64,000 bases of DNA from positions 1,364,001-1,428,000 of the forward strand of contig JAYWIR010000033.1 of the NCBI GenBank assembly GCA_036172245.1. The letters run 5' to 3'. This stretch comes from Raillietiella orientalis (taxonomy: Eukaryota). This document shows positions 1 to 14,099 of this stretch, piece after piece. Every line of letters starts with the position of its first letter. The stretch's first letter is position 1. The notes below the pieces were generated by a model. That model saw only the letters and a program-made list of their open reading frames with translations. It had not been told where the DNA came from and did no database searches. The position numbers and the translations under genes are program-made.

Positions 1-117
1 CCGGGAATACCGGGTGTTCGATAGCGCCGTATACCCCGCCGATCGGCTTTGGAACCCTCAGGTTTCACCACTCCGATTCCCGAATCCTCAAGTTCCAAGC
101 ATCCTACGACGATGATG

Positions 118-760
118 GGAATCCTCCTGGGCTCTTTCGTTTTCGCCGCTTTCCTTCCAGCTTTTTTTTTCGTTTTGGCTCGTCAAGTGCTGGAGAACAG
201 CTAGCTTCCTCAGGGTGGAGGTCACGAAGCTCTTCAAGCACTGTGAACGCCACCAGAGTTCGCGTAACTCTTCAGGTTATAGAGGGTAACCCGGGATGGA
301 CCACCCTATGAATCCAGGAAGGCACTGGAGGAAGGAGTCCGTTGCTCTCTTACGCTTGGGAGGGAACCTCTTCCTTATTTTCTCCGGAGGGGACCAGGGG
401 TTGTTTCTTCCTCAGAGTGACCCCAAGGAAAGGATCCGCTTCCTGTTTCCTCCCCTGAAGAGAACTCCGAAGGGAGCAGCTCGATTCTGACATTCCGGAG
501 AGATGAACTCCTGAAAGAGTATGAACGGGTTCCATGTTGCGCAATGGACGGTTCCGTTTTCACAAGAGGGCTTTCTGATTGCTGAAAAAACTCTAAATCC
601 CTGCCGGTCACCGGGAACATCCTCCCTTCATCAGTGCAGCACCCGAAACCCACACGCCTACCAGCGTCGTCCATGGCACACCCATTTCTCCAGGTGGGGA
701 TTCGAACACAACGCCTGGTGCTACGCGCGAAGACCTCAGTCATCACGGCCGCCGACGCAA
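118..760 (-). mobile_element. tRNA-derived SINE copy 1
   Basis: Reverse-complement B box (ggattcgaac, 698-707). Head and body are visibly homologous to the copies at 9985, 14100, 23160, 29140 and 31990. Ends are approximate. Confidence 0.7.
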
Positions 761-3700
761 GCGCGTGGCCACAAGGAACTCACCCACTGCCTCCAGAGCT
801 GTCCTGGAGGCAGTCCTCAGTACTTCCTCTGCCGTCGTTTCCTGCTGTCGGAAAAGCACCTGAAGTCCAGTAGTACCTTTCCTGCTCCCTACCCGGCTTA
901 GCTCCAGATCTGTTCCCTGTATGGGCTCATCATAGGCTTACCAACCTCCCGCTGTTTCCGGGGACCCCCATTTGATCTGGGCTGTCAGTTCCATGTTTTC
1001 TGAAGACTCGGGTGCGTCCTCGGGGACTCTTTCCATGCGGCTCACCTCCCGCGCGTGCCACCGTTCCATCTTGGGTGAGCGACGTCCTCACAAACAGGAA
1101 GTCAGGTCGCGCCACATCGAATCGATTTGCAGTTAGCGGATCGGAGGTGTTCGCTGTTCAGAAGAGGGTGATTCTGACCGCGGTCTTGCCCGAGGCAGGG
1201 CAAGCTGTCCCCTCAGCCCGGCTGTATCCTGTGGATCCGTTTGAAATCGGTTCATTAACCGTTTGGCTGCGTCCGTATCGTGCAGTTGGGAATAAGATTA
1301 TATCTGGGACACTCAGAGTAGCCTTACCTGAGTGACCACTTCGCCTGAATCGGGCATGTGCATTCCATTCTGGTTGTGGGTGGCTGGAGTAGATCTCCCC
1401 TACCAAGACTTTCAAAGGAACTCTCACCTTATCCCCTTTTTTTTTTTTGAGGAGGGGAAGGGGAAGGGACAGAGGGAACGGCTCTTCAGCTGTTTCTTTC
1501 GCGTGACTCTCTTCTTCTCTCTTCCGATGAAGGATTTTCCACGAATCCCATGTGATCTATTAGTTTGCAAGAGAAAATTCCAGCTGGTCCCCCACCATCT
1601 AGGAAACCGACAGTCTCTTGCTGACGCACTTCCTTAACGCCTTGCTGCTACTCCTTTGTTCCTCTATAAGGACCGTCTCTGTTTATCAAAATGACAGGTC
1701 ACGGAGATGTTGCTTCCAATCTCTCGAGTCTACAGACTGAATGTGGACAGCTAGGAGGCTGTTGAAGACGCATGACTGTTTTTTTGTTTTTTGCTTAATC
1801 TCCTTAGCGATTTTCGGCTGTTGCTCTTATACCGAGATACCGGTTACCCCCTGCCGCCACAGATTTTTGGGAGGGAACCGTCAGAAGGCATTTCTGCATG
1901 CCTTTGGAGGCTCTCGGTCTGGTCCGCAGTTCTCAGTGGGGCCGGCCGTATCTGATATCACTAACGAGAAGGAGCACGGAGACGCTGTTGCCTGGCCACC
2001 ACTGCTTCGCGCGCGCCTGGCGGAGTTTTTGCGACGAGATGGCAGCCAGGGAACCGCTCGGACGAACCGAGGTGCAACATCCTTCCACGTCTCGGGGAAC
2101 CGACGAATCACTCCCGCCGGAATAGCTCGAACTGCCACTTCCAAGATCCTCTCCGAAGACGCAATCCTGAGAAAGATCCCACTCTCTTGCTCTCCCAAAA
2201 AATTCTGCCGTCCTCGTTCGCTTATCCTCCTTCCCTACGTTTGTATCCTGCTGCTCGACAGCCTTGCAGCCGAGACCAGGTTTGCGAGCAGGGGTTGTTG
2301 GAACAAGTTCGAGGGGTCGCGCGGGACGGGCCGAACGGTGGGGAGTGAGTTGATCTGGGAGCTCCAAGTCACAGTTCATTTCCTGAGGTCGCTTCTCCCC
2401 ATCATCAACAACAGCAGCAGTAATCTCTTTCCCTTCTTACGCCCTCTCCCTCTTCTCTTCATCACCAGCAACAGCAACAGCCAGTTTCGCCGCCCACCTT
2501 ATCGCATACCCACTAAAACGTTGTTTTTGCCTCTCTCCGGACAAAAAATAATCCAGATCCCTCATCCTGATGCTTCGCTCGTGCAGATGCGTTCCCAGTG
2601 CAGGTACCGCATGCAGACTCTTTCTGTTCTGCTTGTCCGTTCCGCCTCTGCTGATCCCAGAAGTCCCGCTCGCGTGCCCATCCCTCCCAATCGATTCAGT
2701 CGCCAGCTGGCTTCCGGCATGTCTCCCGAGCCGAAAGTGGTGCCGAGAAAACACGGGGAGGACTTCTTCCTCACTCGTCTTCGACGCTCCCCTCTCGGGT
2801 GCAGGCGCAGGCAGGACCTTCGTAGCAGGTTCCTGGCATCCAGCCGGTCGAACCCGGAAGACCGTTTCATCGCGCAAACAACAGTCTGAGCTTCTCGGAG
2901 CGGCCAATTTCTTTTATCCACCTGGAGTTTCTGAGCACCCATCCGCCCCTGCATCTCTCCGAAAATGCCTCCATCCGGTTAGCTGAGCAGCCGCTACGCC
3001 CCTCCCGTCCCGCAGAATCCCTCCTCCCGAGACATTCGTTCCCCTGGCTCGCCGGGAAGGCTTCAGCAGGCAGCGAGCGCATTCGGTATCCTGGGGAGGT
3101 CTCTTGAAGGAGAGCGCCGGCTTAGAGGGGAATTTGGAAGATCGATCCCGGGAAACCTTCAGGAGTCGAGCTCACTCCTTTCTGGATCCTGGCCGCAGTA
3201 CCTGTGGCTGCCGCTCCTCTTCCGGTCGTTCCACATCTCCGCTCCAGAGTCTGCTCCGAGATACCGACGGTGCCTCTGCCTCGCTGGGGGCTTGCAGATA
3301 ACGGTCTTATCTTCCCTCTCGCACTTTCCCTGATGCCTCCTCCCTCCCTACAGTGGGCTGGAGGAGATTGGGAGCAAACTAAGAGCAGAAGGCCATTTTC
3401 TCCTCTTGTGGCGCCGCATTCGCCCACCTCGGGCGACCTGCAATGAATGTTCGAGAGGATGTTGGCGCCAGTGACCTTCGTGGAGGCCTCCCACAAGGAA
3501 CAGTTCTCTCCTCCCCTCCCGTTCTCGCTTCTCCCTTTTTCTCCCTTTCCCCTTCGTCACCATTCCTGCTCTTCCGTTCGCTTCTCCCCGAGGCTGCGAG
3601 GGTGAAGCGAACATCCTCGCCGTTTTCATCTCCCCCCTCCTCTCCCTCTTCCATCTCATCCTTATCATCCTTCTCATCTTCATCGCGCTCATCCTTCCTA

Positions 3701-5699
3701 TCCCTTCCCATCGAGTTGCTTTCCTTCTGCTTTCTTACTCCCATTCGGTCTTTCCGTCCGCCCATGCACGCAGACATCCCGCGCTCCGATTCTCGTCCTA
3801 CTCGGGGAACCACCATCTCTAAGCAACGGTACCCCTTCGGTCTGGTCGCGTTACGTGTCTGGACGCACGCGCGAAAGCCTTCCTCGTCAGAGGGAGTTTC
3901 GAGAGGTGTTCTCGTTGCGCCTTCCTGTACCTTCTACGGGATCGCCCGCGAGGCGCACTCACCAGGGGCATCTCGATGCCCGGAAGAAAGCCGTGACCGA
4001 GTCCCCGTCTCCCGGCAACCCTCATCCACATGCTTTTGGTCTCGCATCCGCTCTTTCTCGCCCCCTAGGAAGCGGAACGTGCGAGATCTGATGACGGTGC
4101 GGTCAGCCAGTGGCAGCCGCCGCAGGCGCCGTCTCCGAGAGGAGCGGGCTGCGACCGCAGACGGCGAAGAAGAGAGGCTGTCCTTCCCTCTCTGGTTTAG
4201 CGTACCGGACGCAGAACTGAGAAGCCCCTGGGTCCTGAGCGGCGCCTTTCCTCCTCCTCTGACAGAGAGCCTTCGGCCCTACCGCGGGACTGAGAAGCGG
4301 CATTACGGGCAGCTGCTACAATCTCCTGAGGCGACGTCTTCGAGAACGTCTTCCTCCGGCGACCCGCTCCAGCGGCAGGGCGCCGCGGCGCATCTTGTCA
4401 GCTTGGAGACTCTTTGCGGGCCCACATGCCGCCGTGGCGCGTGCAGTTGCGCTGGCGGCGACCCCTGCAGCGATGAGGGACTCTCGGGCCCGACAGCGCT
4501 CGCTCTCCTCTCCGAGACAAGGCTGCCAGTGGCAACCGCCTGGAGCTTCGAGCGATCGAGGTTGCCTGTGACCTCAACTCGCCGGAAAGTCTCCTTCTGA
4601 TGCCGGTGAAGGCGGCGGGCTCACGTCTCAAGCGACTTAGGAAATCTCGGGACAGCCCAAGGGCAACGGAGTGGTCAGGGCGATCAGGATCACGGCGGAG
4701 GTTTTCATCTTCGTGTCCCCCCCCCCCTTCTCCTTTTCCATTCTCTTCTTGGGATATCCCGGTGACGAGCGGGCCTTTGAGCTGGAGGACCACTGATCGG
4801 CTCAGACTCTCCCATCCCACCGCGCCTTCCGGAGCGGCGGCTCGGACCAGCGACTCCCGAGCTACCGCTTCTCCCCCTGAAGGACGGTAGAGGTCTACTC
4901 GCGTGCTCCCCCGCCCAATCGCTCCAGCCACCGTCCTCTTCTCGACGTACCACTCTTCTTTGCAACGGACCCCTGCCAGATCCAGGCTTCCCTTTTTTCC
5001 TCCTTCCCCTCTCCATGCAAATCGATCAAACCACTCCAGCGGGCCGAAAGCGGCGCTCGTTGCCATGAGAGTATCTTTCAGCGAGGACTCGGAGCAAGTC
5101 GACCGGGGCCCGCCATCGCTTGCAGCAGCCATAAATCTCGCCCGCAGCCTCCGCTTCCGGACGTGACCGGATGTCTGAGGAAACATCAGCCCCAGCCGTG
5201 GGGCGGGATGCCCGGCGCTTGCCGACTCCTTCCCAAAGGAGAATGTCGGCAAGGAGAGGGGAAAATTCCGAACCCCATCGCTCCTTAAAGCCACTCCCTA
5301 GAAGGGGAAGAGTCCTTGGGCAGTCATTGCGTGGCTGCGAGGGGTGCTTCCTAAGGCGGCAGCCCTGGGGCTACCAACGGCGTCGCACGCCACCGCAACC
5401 GAAAGCCATCCCGGCAATGGAGTGGAAAGACCAACGGGCAGGGTCAATCTGGACACGCTTACCAGTCCGTCCGGAGCCCACAAGGCTTCACTTCTGGCCA
5501 AGGGATAGTAACACCGCTTCCTCTGAACCCCTTGCCTTTTCTTTTCCTGTCTTTCTCGCCGGTCGACCCTCTATTCCTGCTCTCCGTGCCTCCTTGAGGC
5601 ATTTTTCCACCTCAAGGAATCTGCAAGAAAAGTTTGAAGGGTGGTCTTAAAGGGTCTTTCCACCATTAGAGAACAGCGCCGACGACCTCAAGGAATCTC

Positions 5700-5885
5700 T
5701 CAATCGGAGAGAGCTTTCTGTTCCTTCTCTTCCTACCTTCTCCCTTCTCCTCCTCCTATCTTCCTTTTCTCTTCCTCTCTTCTTCCTCTTCATTCTCTTT
5801 TCTATTTCTCCTCCTCCTCCTTTCTACCATACTCCGAGCTTTCCACTCCTTCCCTCGTTCCCCTCTTCCTTACACCTCCTTCGTC
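5700..5885. repeat. CT-rich low-complexity tract (similar tracts at about 3505-3740 and 11810-11900)
   Basis: Long polypyrimidine runs of cctt/ctct/tcc. Confidence 0.8.
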
Positions 5886-6899
5886 CGTCTGTCTCCAGTT
5901 CCTGACTTCCGTTAATTTCTTTGGGTTGCACGAACCTTCCCCTCTCTCCATGGTAGTGATGTGGACAGGAGAACCCAAGGTTCCTCAGTTGAGGAAGGAG
6001 GACGTTCCTCGAGCCTCCGATATTCCAGGGTGCACCACTGGACTTTCAGCAGCTCATTCCCGGTCTTTACTCATCCTCTGGCTGATGATCTGTGTCCTCC
6101 CGCTTCACTCATCTCCTTGGTTTCCTCATCTTGGCGCGCCCCTCCTTCCTTATCCTCTTCTCCCACCTCCGCACCGCTTGCTGCGGGGAGCTGTCGGCAA
6201 GACCACCTGTGGTCCTTCGCACCCGGAAGAGGTCTGACCCGTTGGACGAAGTGGGAGGGGGAGGAAGAGGCTTACCGAAAGCGGAAGGCCAACTCGTCGT
6301 CAGGCAGCTTTCGAGAGGAAAGGACGGAGGAGAGAGAGTCTTTTCTCCCTGAAGCGATTCGAAGGGAATCAAACAGTTCCCTCGTCCCCTGCCTCCTGCG
6401 GCCCATCGCCTGTCGGGTGTTCCCGGAAACTCCTATCGGCTCGGAGACCGAATGTTCTTGCAGATTACTCCTCGGAATCTTGTGGACGGCCTACCGCGGC
6501 GGGCGTCTGGGCAGGTGGAGTTTCGGTGGAGCGTCCTCGACACCCTGCGGGTCTCTTCCTTCCGCGCCCACCTCGGGAGACTTCCCCCACTCGTGTCCCG
6601 GTCCCTGGGCAGCCGATCTCTTCCGAAGGAACGCAAACGGAAGGGGGTGACCATCCTCCGTTCCGCTCTTCCCCTCGCCTTCCCCTCGAGAATCAAGGAG
6701 AGGGAAGGGAGGGGAAGATTGAGATGAAGGTGACGATGATCGGCAGAAGGGCGGTGGTGGTGAGGATGGGGAACCTATAGGATTCTGAGATGCTGCGGAA
6801 CCCTCGCAGAGATCCCGACCCCGGGTTCCCGGATCGATTCGCCTCCCTGTGGACCACCTCTCTGTCCTCCTCCCCTTTGTGCTAAAGAGTTCCTGCCGC

Positions 6900-8965
6900 A
6901 TGCCCCGCTCTGTGTCACGTGAGGGAGGGGAGGGCGCGAGCGGTTGCCATCCACGGGCGAAAAGGAGCGGTGTCGGCTCTGCCCTGCTTGGGCACTCTTA
7001 GCCTTGGTCTCTTGGGTCCTGGAGGGGCCGTCGCTAGGACCACGAGGCGGCATCGCGAGTGAAAAGAGAAACGACGATTCGTTCGCGGCCTTGCCGGTGG
7101 TGCCGCCACTGCAGCGTAAGAGCAATCCCGAGCCCTCCTCCTGCCGGGAAAAGCTTGCTCCGGGAACGCTTCAGACACCCGTTTACAAGGACATCCTTGC
7201 CTTCCCCCTTTCGGAGATGCCAGAGCTTTCTTGAAGCCGATCCTTCCGCCTCGTTCCATTGTGCTGAGCCCGACTCTGAAGAAAAGGCATGGATGGGAGG
7301 GACTGCTTGGATAGGTGGCTTCTCAGGGAAGAACAAGGATTGCACTCAGGGCTTTCCAGCTGACACTCAGACAGTCAAGGGGAGAGACAGGATTTCCATT
7401 TTCGGAACCGTGAGCTGCTTCGCACTTCGGCTGCGTTTCCATGGAGAGCTTCTTGCCAACGATCCGCGTTCCTTCCCAAAATTGGTGGCGGGAAGGAGGA
7501 AGAAAGGGGGGAGGGGCAGGTCAAGACTGGGTCAAGGTGGGTTTCAAGTGACCCCCCTCTTCCATCCCAAGACACGTGCAAGAATGCGGTGTCCGGTTCA
7601 TTCAACATCCCCTGTGCACGAGCGCCTTTCAGTGGTTCCGGAGACCTCGGACCCGAATCCAGGAAGAACTGTCCCCCTCCACTGCCTCAAAAAGGACACT
7701 CTTGCGTGTCCTCGAGGACGAACGATCTCCCTGCGCAAGGAAAGGACAGATCGCTTCCGGTTGCGCCCGAACCCAGTGCTCGTCCCAAGACGCCATTGCT
7801 CCCGACCTCACCCGAGTCTCCCAGACCCGCAGGACACTGGCAGCAGCCGAGTGTGACGAGCGGTTTTCCCGCGGAAACGTCGACTAAGGACGACGACGCT
7901 TCTCCTTGACCTCCCCGTGAGGATGCTCTGCGGAGGTCAGCAGGAGAGGACGAGGATGCACGGGAAGGGAGCGGGAGACATTCGGGAAGGGAGGGATTGT
8001 CTGATGGGAAGAGAGCCTGTCCTGCCTCGTCCACTTCCTCTCGATGTCCCAAGATAGGTTCGCGGTCCCACTTGTTCTGGATGCTCCAGGCGTATCCGCT
8101 GGTCATGACGAGGTCCGAACGCTCTCTGGAGGTCATCAGCGCGAAGGCATCGTTCAAGGCGTCGGACATGGCCCCGAGGGCAGCATGCTCAGCTAGCTGG
8201 AACGCGGGAAGATGGCGTGGAGGTCCCGCTTCGTTGTCCTTGCTGCCGCCTCCCCTCATGGTTGCTACGTGAGCCACGGAAAGCAACCCTTTTTTTTTTC
8301 GCGATCTTCGCTTCGTCTCCCAAAATGCCCTACAGATCACAGCTCCAACTCCACTTGATGGAAAATTCCATTCCTTCCTGCACATTACCCCTGCGACTGC
8401 CCCCTAACGTGATCTGTTATTGCTGCTCCTTCCAGCGTCCGACGCCTCCTCCTCCCGTCCTTGATTCGTGAAGGCGGTCTTGTTGTTCTGGAACACGCTA
8501 CCAAAACACCCCGCAGAACACCGGGCTCACTTTTTCGGGAATTAGGTGCACAAAGAGGCGCTTGGAAATGGAACGTTTCGGGAGGGCGATGACCCGGAAG
8601 GAGCCGCCAGAGCATGATGACCCCAGCTGCGCTGGATTTCACTGCGCGGCAGCTGTGCCCTCCTCCTGTTCCGCATTTGCGCGGTTGCGGAGTACTGGTC
8701 CTCGCTGTCCTTCGGACACGGCACTCCCAGAGCTCCTCCATCGAAGGGAACGTGTGATCCCGCGTTTGGGCATCCTCCCACCACTTCTCTTTTTGTGCGG
8801 CTGCCTTGAGTGCTCTCACGCAAGCGGACAGCATCGAGCGTGGTGGATCGAATGCCGTTCTGGAAGACCGGCTCCGAGAGAAACCCGGAGTCCCAGTCCT
8901 GGGACTTGCTGATCTGGGACCACCAGCTCCCCCGTTTTCGACGCAGCCAGCTATGCGCAGCATTT
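6900..8965 (-). mobile_element. Decayed non-LTR (LINE) reverse transcriptase relic(s)
   Basis: Degenerate motifs in RT order across frameshifts: KAAAQKEKWW, KSSAAG, TRPPS, ALGAMSDALNDAF…SDLV; then SVSWKALSAIL, GGRQGCP, SYAAV. These resemble DSV.W, GVRQGCPLSP and YADD. Judged by eye only. Confidence 0.4.
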
Positions 8966-9569
8966 ACTCCTGTTCCAGCGCACGTGGTGGAGTGTTGAGG
9001 GAGTTGAAAATTACCGAGAAACGGACGAAGCGCATTAGGAAAGAGGCTGCGGACTCTGTCGGTGCACCCAGCATCCTCGGGTTCGGGTCACCGCCTTCAA
9101 AACCGCAGGAAAAGTTGAAGTGAAGCCAAAGAAGATGGTGGAGACTCTTGCTCCTCTCGTCCCCAACATTTTGCGAGCCGAAATCTGGGCAGAAGTGGCA
9201 TCTGTAGCGGAAGCTTCTTCGGTTAGTCTTCAACAGACAAGATCGGAATCAGCGCTCGTTTCCCAACCAGTGCTGCTGTAACGCAAGTGCCTCCAGTTCC
9301 AATGTCTTCGTGAGTCCAGCTACGCTTCCGTGTTGGGTTCGAATTTTAGCCGCTTAGCTCGGCTCAGAGGAGCTCCGGTAGCTGTGCGTAGGGTTGATTC
9401 GAGAAGGCGCCGTCGGGAAGAACCTCTTCAGCTAGGGTACTCCTCAGTGGTCGCTGCGGAATGTCACTTGACTTTGTTTTCCATCTTCTCGTTAGGCCTG
9501 GAAGTCGAAGGGAGTTTTCCCTTTTTTCTATTCCGGTCATCCCTGTTCAAGACATGCTCCCAAAGGTTT

Positions 9570-9850
9570 TGTTGTGGTCACTCCATCTCGGCGTCAGGAT
9601 TGCAACCGACCAGTTCGTCCTTTCGAAAAAGATGTTTGCCTGAATTCTGAGGGCGCGCACGGATTTAAGGAGCGGGAATACTCGATCTACGGGAACAACT
9701 CGACAGCGTGCTCGGAGGCGTGCTCTGCGTGCTTGAAAATTCCCAAGTTCTGTGAGAAGTGTGGCAGAGGACATCACGCAAGAAAACGGAGGACCTGTGG
9801 TCCGCCTCCGTTGCTCTGAGCGCCGCTGTCGTCCTGGTCAAATCCCGAAT
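9570..9850 (+). mobile_element. Possible BEL/Pao gag zinc-knuckle relic
   Basis: CLNSEGAH…CSACLK…CEKCGRGHH followed by VALSAAVVLVK, resembling Pao C/H knuckles and the VLL.TAVV.V motif that precedes the protease. Confidence 0.35.
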
Positions 9851-9984
9851 CCCCACATTCTCAGGTGCCATCCTCCCGCATGTCTATCTTTTCGCGTTCC
9901 CCGTGCCTTCCCTTCGGCTTCCTAAGAAGAGCATGCCGCATGAACTCTCAAGGATCCGAGTTGTCTTTGTGAGCTGTTCCCCGC

Positions 9985-10575
9985 GCTGTTTCGGCCGTGT
10001 GGCTGACGTGGCACCAGGCGTTGTGGGTTCGAATCCCCACGCGGAGGATCGACGCCGAGAAATGAGTGCACAATGGATGATGCTGATTGACCTGTAGGCT
10101 TCGAGTGCGCTGCTGGTGGAAACCAGATGTCCCCGGTGACTGAACGGGATTGGAAGTTGGCCCATCCAGCGTCCCTCCAGAAATCAAGGAGTCGGTTGGT
10201 ACTCTCTCGGGAGTTTGCTTCTCCAGAGTGTCAGAAGAGCTCTCCACAGGAATCTGTAACGTAACAAGAAGAGGTTCCCTTCCCTCTGGAAAAGAAACTC
10301 CAGGAGTGCATCGTTCCCGGGTTCCCTTCGAAGATTGTTCCTCCGGAGAGAACAAGGAAGAACTAGGAAGAGATTTCCTTCGTTGTTCCCTTCCAGGCGG
10401 AAGAGGAACGGACCCCTTTCTCCTGAACGTCTTTGAATTTATAAGGTGGTCCCTCCCGGGTCACCCTTTATAACTTGAAGAGTTACTACACGCACCCGCG
10501 GGTGGCGTGGACAGTGTCGAAGCTCCCTCCTAGGGAGGCGAACGGTTCTTGAGTACGTCGTGGTGCATCCTCGTG
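9985..10575 (+). mobile_element. tRNA-derived SINE copy 2
   Basis: A-box-like tggctga near 10000 and B box GGTTCGAATCC at 10026-10036, followed by the shared body (gatgtccccggtgac…ggcgtggacagtgtc…cggttcttgagtac). Confidence 0.75.
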
Positions 10576-12306
10576 CCAAGGAGCTGGGAGGTCTCTTAGA
10601 GGGCTGGGCAACCACGACGCACTCCGTCTTGCTGTTCCCCGCCGCGATCGAGTCGCGCTCTCAACGTGTCCGCCAGCGCGTGCTCGGCGCAGGTCAAATG
10701 GCTGCGAAAGAGAGCGCCACCTCGGTCGCTCTTCCGCGTTCCGAGAAGCGCCGGAATTCGACCCGAGAGTCGGCTTCTGAAGCGAAGGCATTCCGTTCCC
10801 CTTTCGGGCCAGGAACGAGACTTCCGTTGGCCGAGGAGCAAGAGTAGGAGAGCAGGAACGCCGTCTGCCACACGGGTGGGGAAGGAGCAAGCGGGATGTG
10901 AAATATTTAGAGCAAGCGGACTGGAAATGCAAAGTCCTGCGCGGCGGTTCGTCGCAGACCGATTCGTCTTCCGCTCCAGGGACTTCCGTTGAAAAATTCA
11001 TCGCGCAAGCTGCGGTTCCTTGGTTACGGAAGCTGCTCTCGAACCGAGCCCGAGAGGCGCACGGTTCGTGCGGGGACGTAGTCAGGGCTGCGCAGCCACG
11101 CGGTCTGCTCCTCTCTGGAGACGGTGTTCCCTCCCAGAGCGAGCTGAAGGCACGCGAAGAACCTCTGGACCGTTCCTACGAAAAAAAGCGGGTGATTGAA
11201 AGGCTTCCCGATCGCCGGTGTTTAGTGGACTGTGCTGGGATGGAAGCAGCGACCGGGAAGAACGAAGCGTTTACGATCGATTTTCGGGAAGGAGTCGCTG
11301 CAGACGCTGGAGGGTTTTCGTGGAGGCGCACTGAGCACGACTCTGAGTAAACCAATGGACGATTTGATTGAAATTCGGAGTTTCGTTCGCCGGTCGCTCC
11401 GTTCGTTTCTATGACGAAGAAGCCCGTCGCCTCCGCTCTCGAAACCACTCGCGGACGCAATCTCTCTGGTCTTATGGACGCTTTACTTCAGGGCTGCTCA
11501 GTTTTTTTTTTTTGTGTGTGTGTGTCTGTTCCTATGAAGAACTGATCTTACGGGGAAGCTGCGGAGTACCGACTTTGCAAAATTCTCAGCCGAAACGAGG
11601 AATCCCTATCCAGATGCTTTGATTGGACAGGATTCCCCGTTTGCCGTTTACAGCTTGGAGAAGGGGACATTTTCGGGAGGGGGATGTCGGCTTCGCATCC
11701 CCCGAAGATGATGGAGCCATCCTCGCAGTGCTTTAGACACTCTAAAGCTGAACCTCTGCAGACGGATTCGCTCTCTCTCTCGTAGTTAATCAAAAGACGC
11801 TCAGTCGATTCCTTTCCTCTCTTCTTCGTCCTCCCTCTTTTCCTCTCCTCTCCTCTGCCTCCTGTTCCTCCCCATTCTCTTTTCTTCTATTCTCTCCTGG
11901 AACACAGCATTTTTCGTTCGCCAGCTTCCGTGCCACCCAACGTTCTCGGAACCCACAGCTCCTCAATCCTCATCTCCGGCAAACGCACGCTATCGAACCC
12001 TCTGCTCCGATGGAGGGAGAGCTGCACCAGCGATGCTGGCAAGTTCTCAGAGCTTCATCCACCGCCACCACCTGATACCTGCACTGCGGACGCTTGATCC
12101 CGGAGGTGCTCCGGAGCGCTCCCAGGGGGTTCCTGAAAATCCCGCGAAGAGTGGATGCATAAGAGCGAACGCCCCCGCGAAGACCCGAGCGTTTCTTGCC
12201 CCGCGGCTTTCCATGTTCGCCTCCCCAATGTAGCATCGATGATTGCATTACTGAAAGCGTGATTGCCAACCAATGCATTTTTCTAGATGCGGTTTTCTTG
12301 TTTCAG

Positions 12307-12383
12307 AATAGATGCGAACATTTCTTCAATCCTGGATACTCTACAGAGAGAATACGATAAGCGTGTCCGTCCTAACTATGGAG
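12307..12383 (+). CDS. Rdl: Rdl coding exon (Drosophila exon 2 equivalent): IDANISSILDTLQREYDKRVRPNYG
   Basis: Acceptor tttcag|a (a second possible acceptor, tag|, ends at 12311); donor G|gtaaga. Matches RDL NISAILD..YDKRVRPNYGG. Confidence 0.9.
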
Positions 12384-14099
12384 GTAAGACGAGCGAAATG
12401 ATCTCTCCGTGGGTTCGTGAGATTTGGGTCGGGTGGAGCATGACCTGCCTGCTTGGGAAGGGCTCCAGCAGGGCTTTTTCGAATTCCGTATCCACGGAAA
12501 TGGAAACACCGCTGCCGGAATGTTCCAGGGACCCAAATTAGTGACCATAATTCATCATAATAACGGCAACGATTCGTGATTCCATGAGAACCCTCCCACA
12601 GAGCCATCGAGCCATCGGCACCGCTGACTTTAAGCTGGCTGAATTTCCTCGGAGAGAAGCACTTTCACTCCCCTTTTGTTTATTTGTTTTTCTCATTCAC
12701 TTTGGCTCATTGGCTCATGATTAGATAATGGGGGTCAAACTGCTTCTCCCGGAAGTTCTCTCGAAAAAGCAAAGTCTGGACGCATGAGATCGATCAAACG
12801 GTTCCTCAGATCCTTCCTTTTACGTAACGAAAGGTGCGCCGATTTTAATTCCATTCTTCATCCACACCAGCTGATTAAAGTCACGGGATCAGCTGGAGCA
12901 AGCGTGCAGCAACGTGCAAAAAAAAATGCTTACTCCCGCCCTGGCATGAGTGGACGAATCACGCAACGTTCCGAGCATGGATCAGCGTGCTCTGCAACAC
13001 CCTCTGTCATTCAGGTTTGACTGAATGCTTCTTGTTGAGTCTCTCTCGAAGAAGGGTGCACCTACCACTAGTACAGAGTGCTCATTAGAAAGATGGAACT
13101 GTCGATCTGAGTGCTTCCCGGCTACGCGGGGAATATTCGGATCACCCCACTACTGTGCCGAACATCGGAGGCTGCTCACTGTCTCCATGGTCGGAAGAAG
13201 ACACTACCCATCTCTCCTTTAAGACCAGTGACAGATGCAGCGTTCTCCATCAGTGGTCTGAATTCTTTCCTGGATCTCGAAAGCACAGGCACTTGATCTT
13301 TGAATTCAGAACAAAAAGGATTTGGAGTTCATCTTTCACGGAGCTTGCAAGAATTCCGCACCTTGATCCATCTTCGAACGAAATCCCTGACTGATCTGCT
13401 GTTCTTCCACCTTCTTGGAATCGAGCGTGAACCCCTGGAATGCTGGGAAAAGTTTCCCTTCTGAGCTGTTGGAAATTTTTAAAGTTCTTGGAATTGTATC
13501 TTCTCCTGACTGAAGAGATGACCTTGCGTTTCTCAGTTCCTCTACGTTGCTGGCCGTTCTTGAGCTACCCACCTCGGAATGAAAACTCCTCCGTCGGGGC
13601 GCAGCGTCGTATGCACTCATTGTCAGTATGTGTTTCCACACTTTGAGTGATATCAGGTGATGCAGAGTTCATCTCGTCGTCAGCTGGTTTCTAAGCACAG
13701 CTTCCATTGTCTAACCACAACGCTGCATGCCACCAGACTGTTGCTGAACTTACCCGAATGGCTGACCGAGTCCCACCCACAAACAGCTCAGACGCAAGGT
13801 CAAAGGTGAAGCGGCAGGCCAAGACGATCTCAATCATCCTATTGACCATAACGAATTTTGTGTTTCTTCGTGTGTCGCTGCTGCTCCTTCTGCGGAATCC
13901 TGCCCGCTGCATGGTTCGTGCTCAAGTGCCTCCTGGGTCCAGGAAAACTTTCCTCAAAACCTCGCCGCTTGCCTTCTGGCAAAGAAAGGGAAACGTCGAT
14001 CGGTTTTCCAGATGCAGTGATAAGATGCGTTGCGTAGTTTACACAAGGAATCTTGAGGTCATTAGTGGTAGTGACCATGAGGATCATGGAGGCAGTCCA

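Noticed and set aside
1..20. gggaataccgggtg matches the 3' part of 5S rRNA
   Set aside because: Only 14 nt at the window edge, and the following bases diverge with no T-run terminator; cannot be supported without upstream sequence.
1741..6650. Long ORFs (382, 385, 298, 229 aa) in the ORF track
   Set aside because: Ser/Pro/Arg-rich translations of GC-rich, low-complexity DNA that overlap on both strands, with no recognisable domain or splice logic.
9990..10040. tRNA gene suggested by GGTTCGAATCC
   Set aside because: No complete cloverleaf, and it continues into a dispersed repeat body; it is a SINE head.
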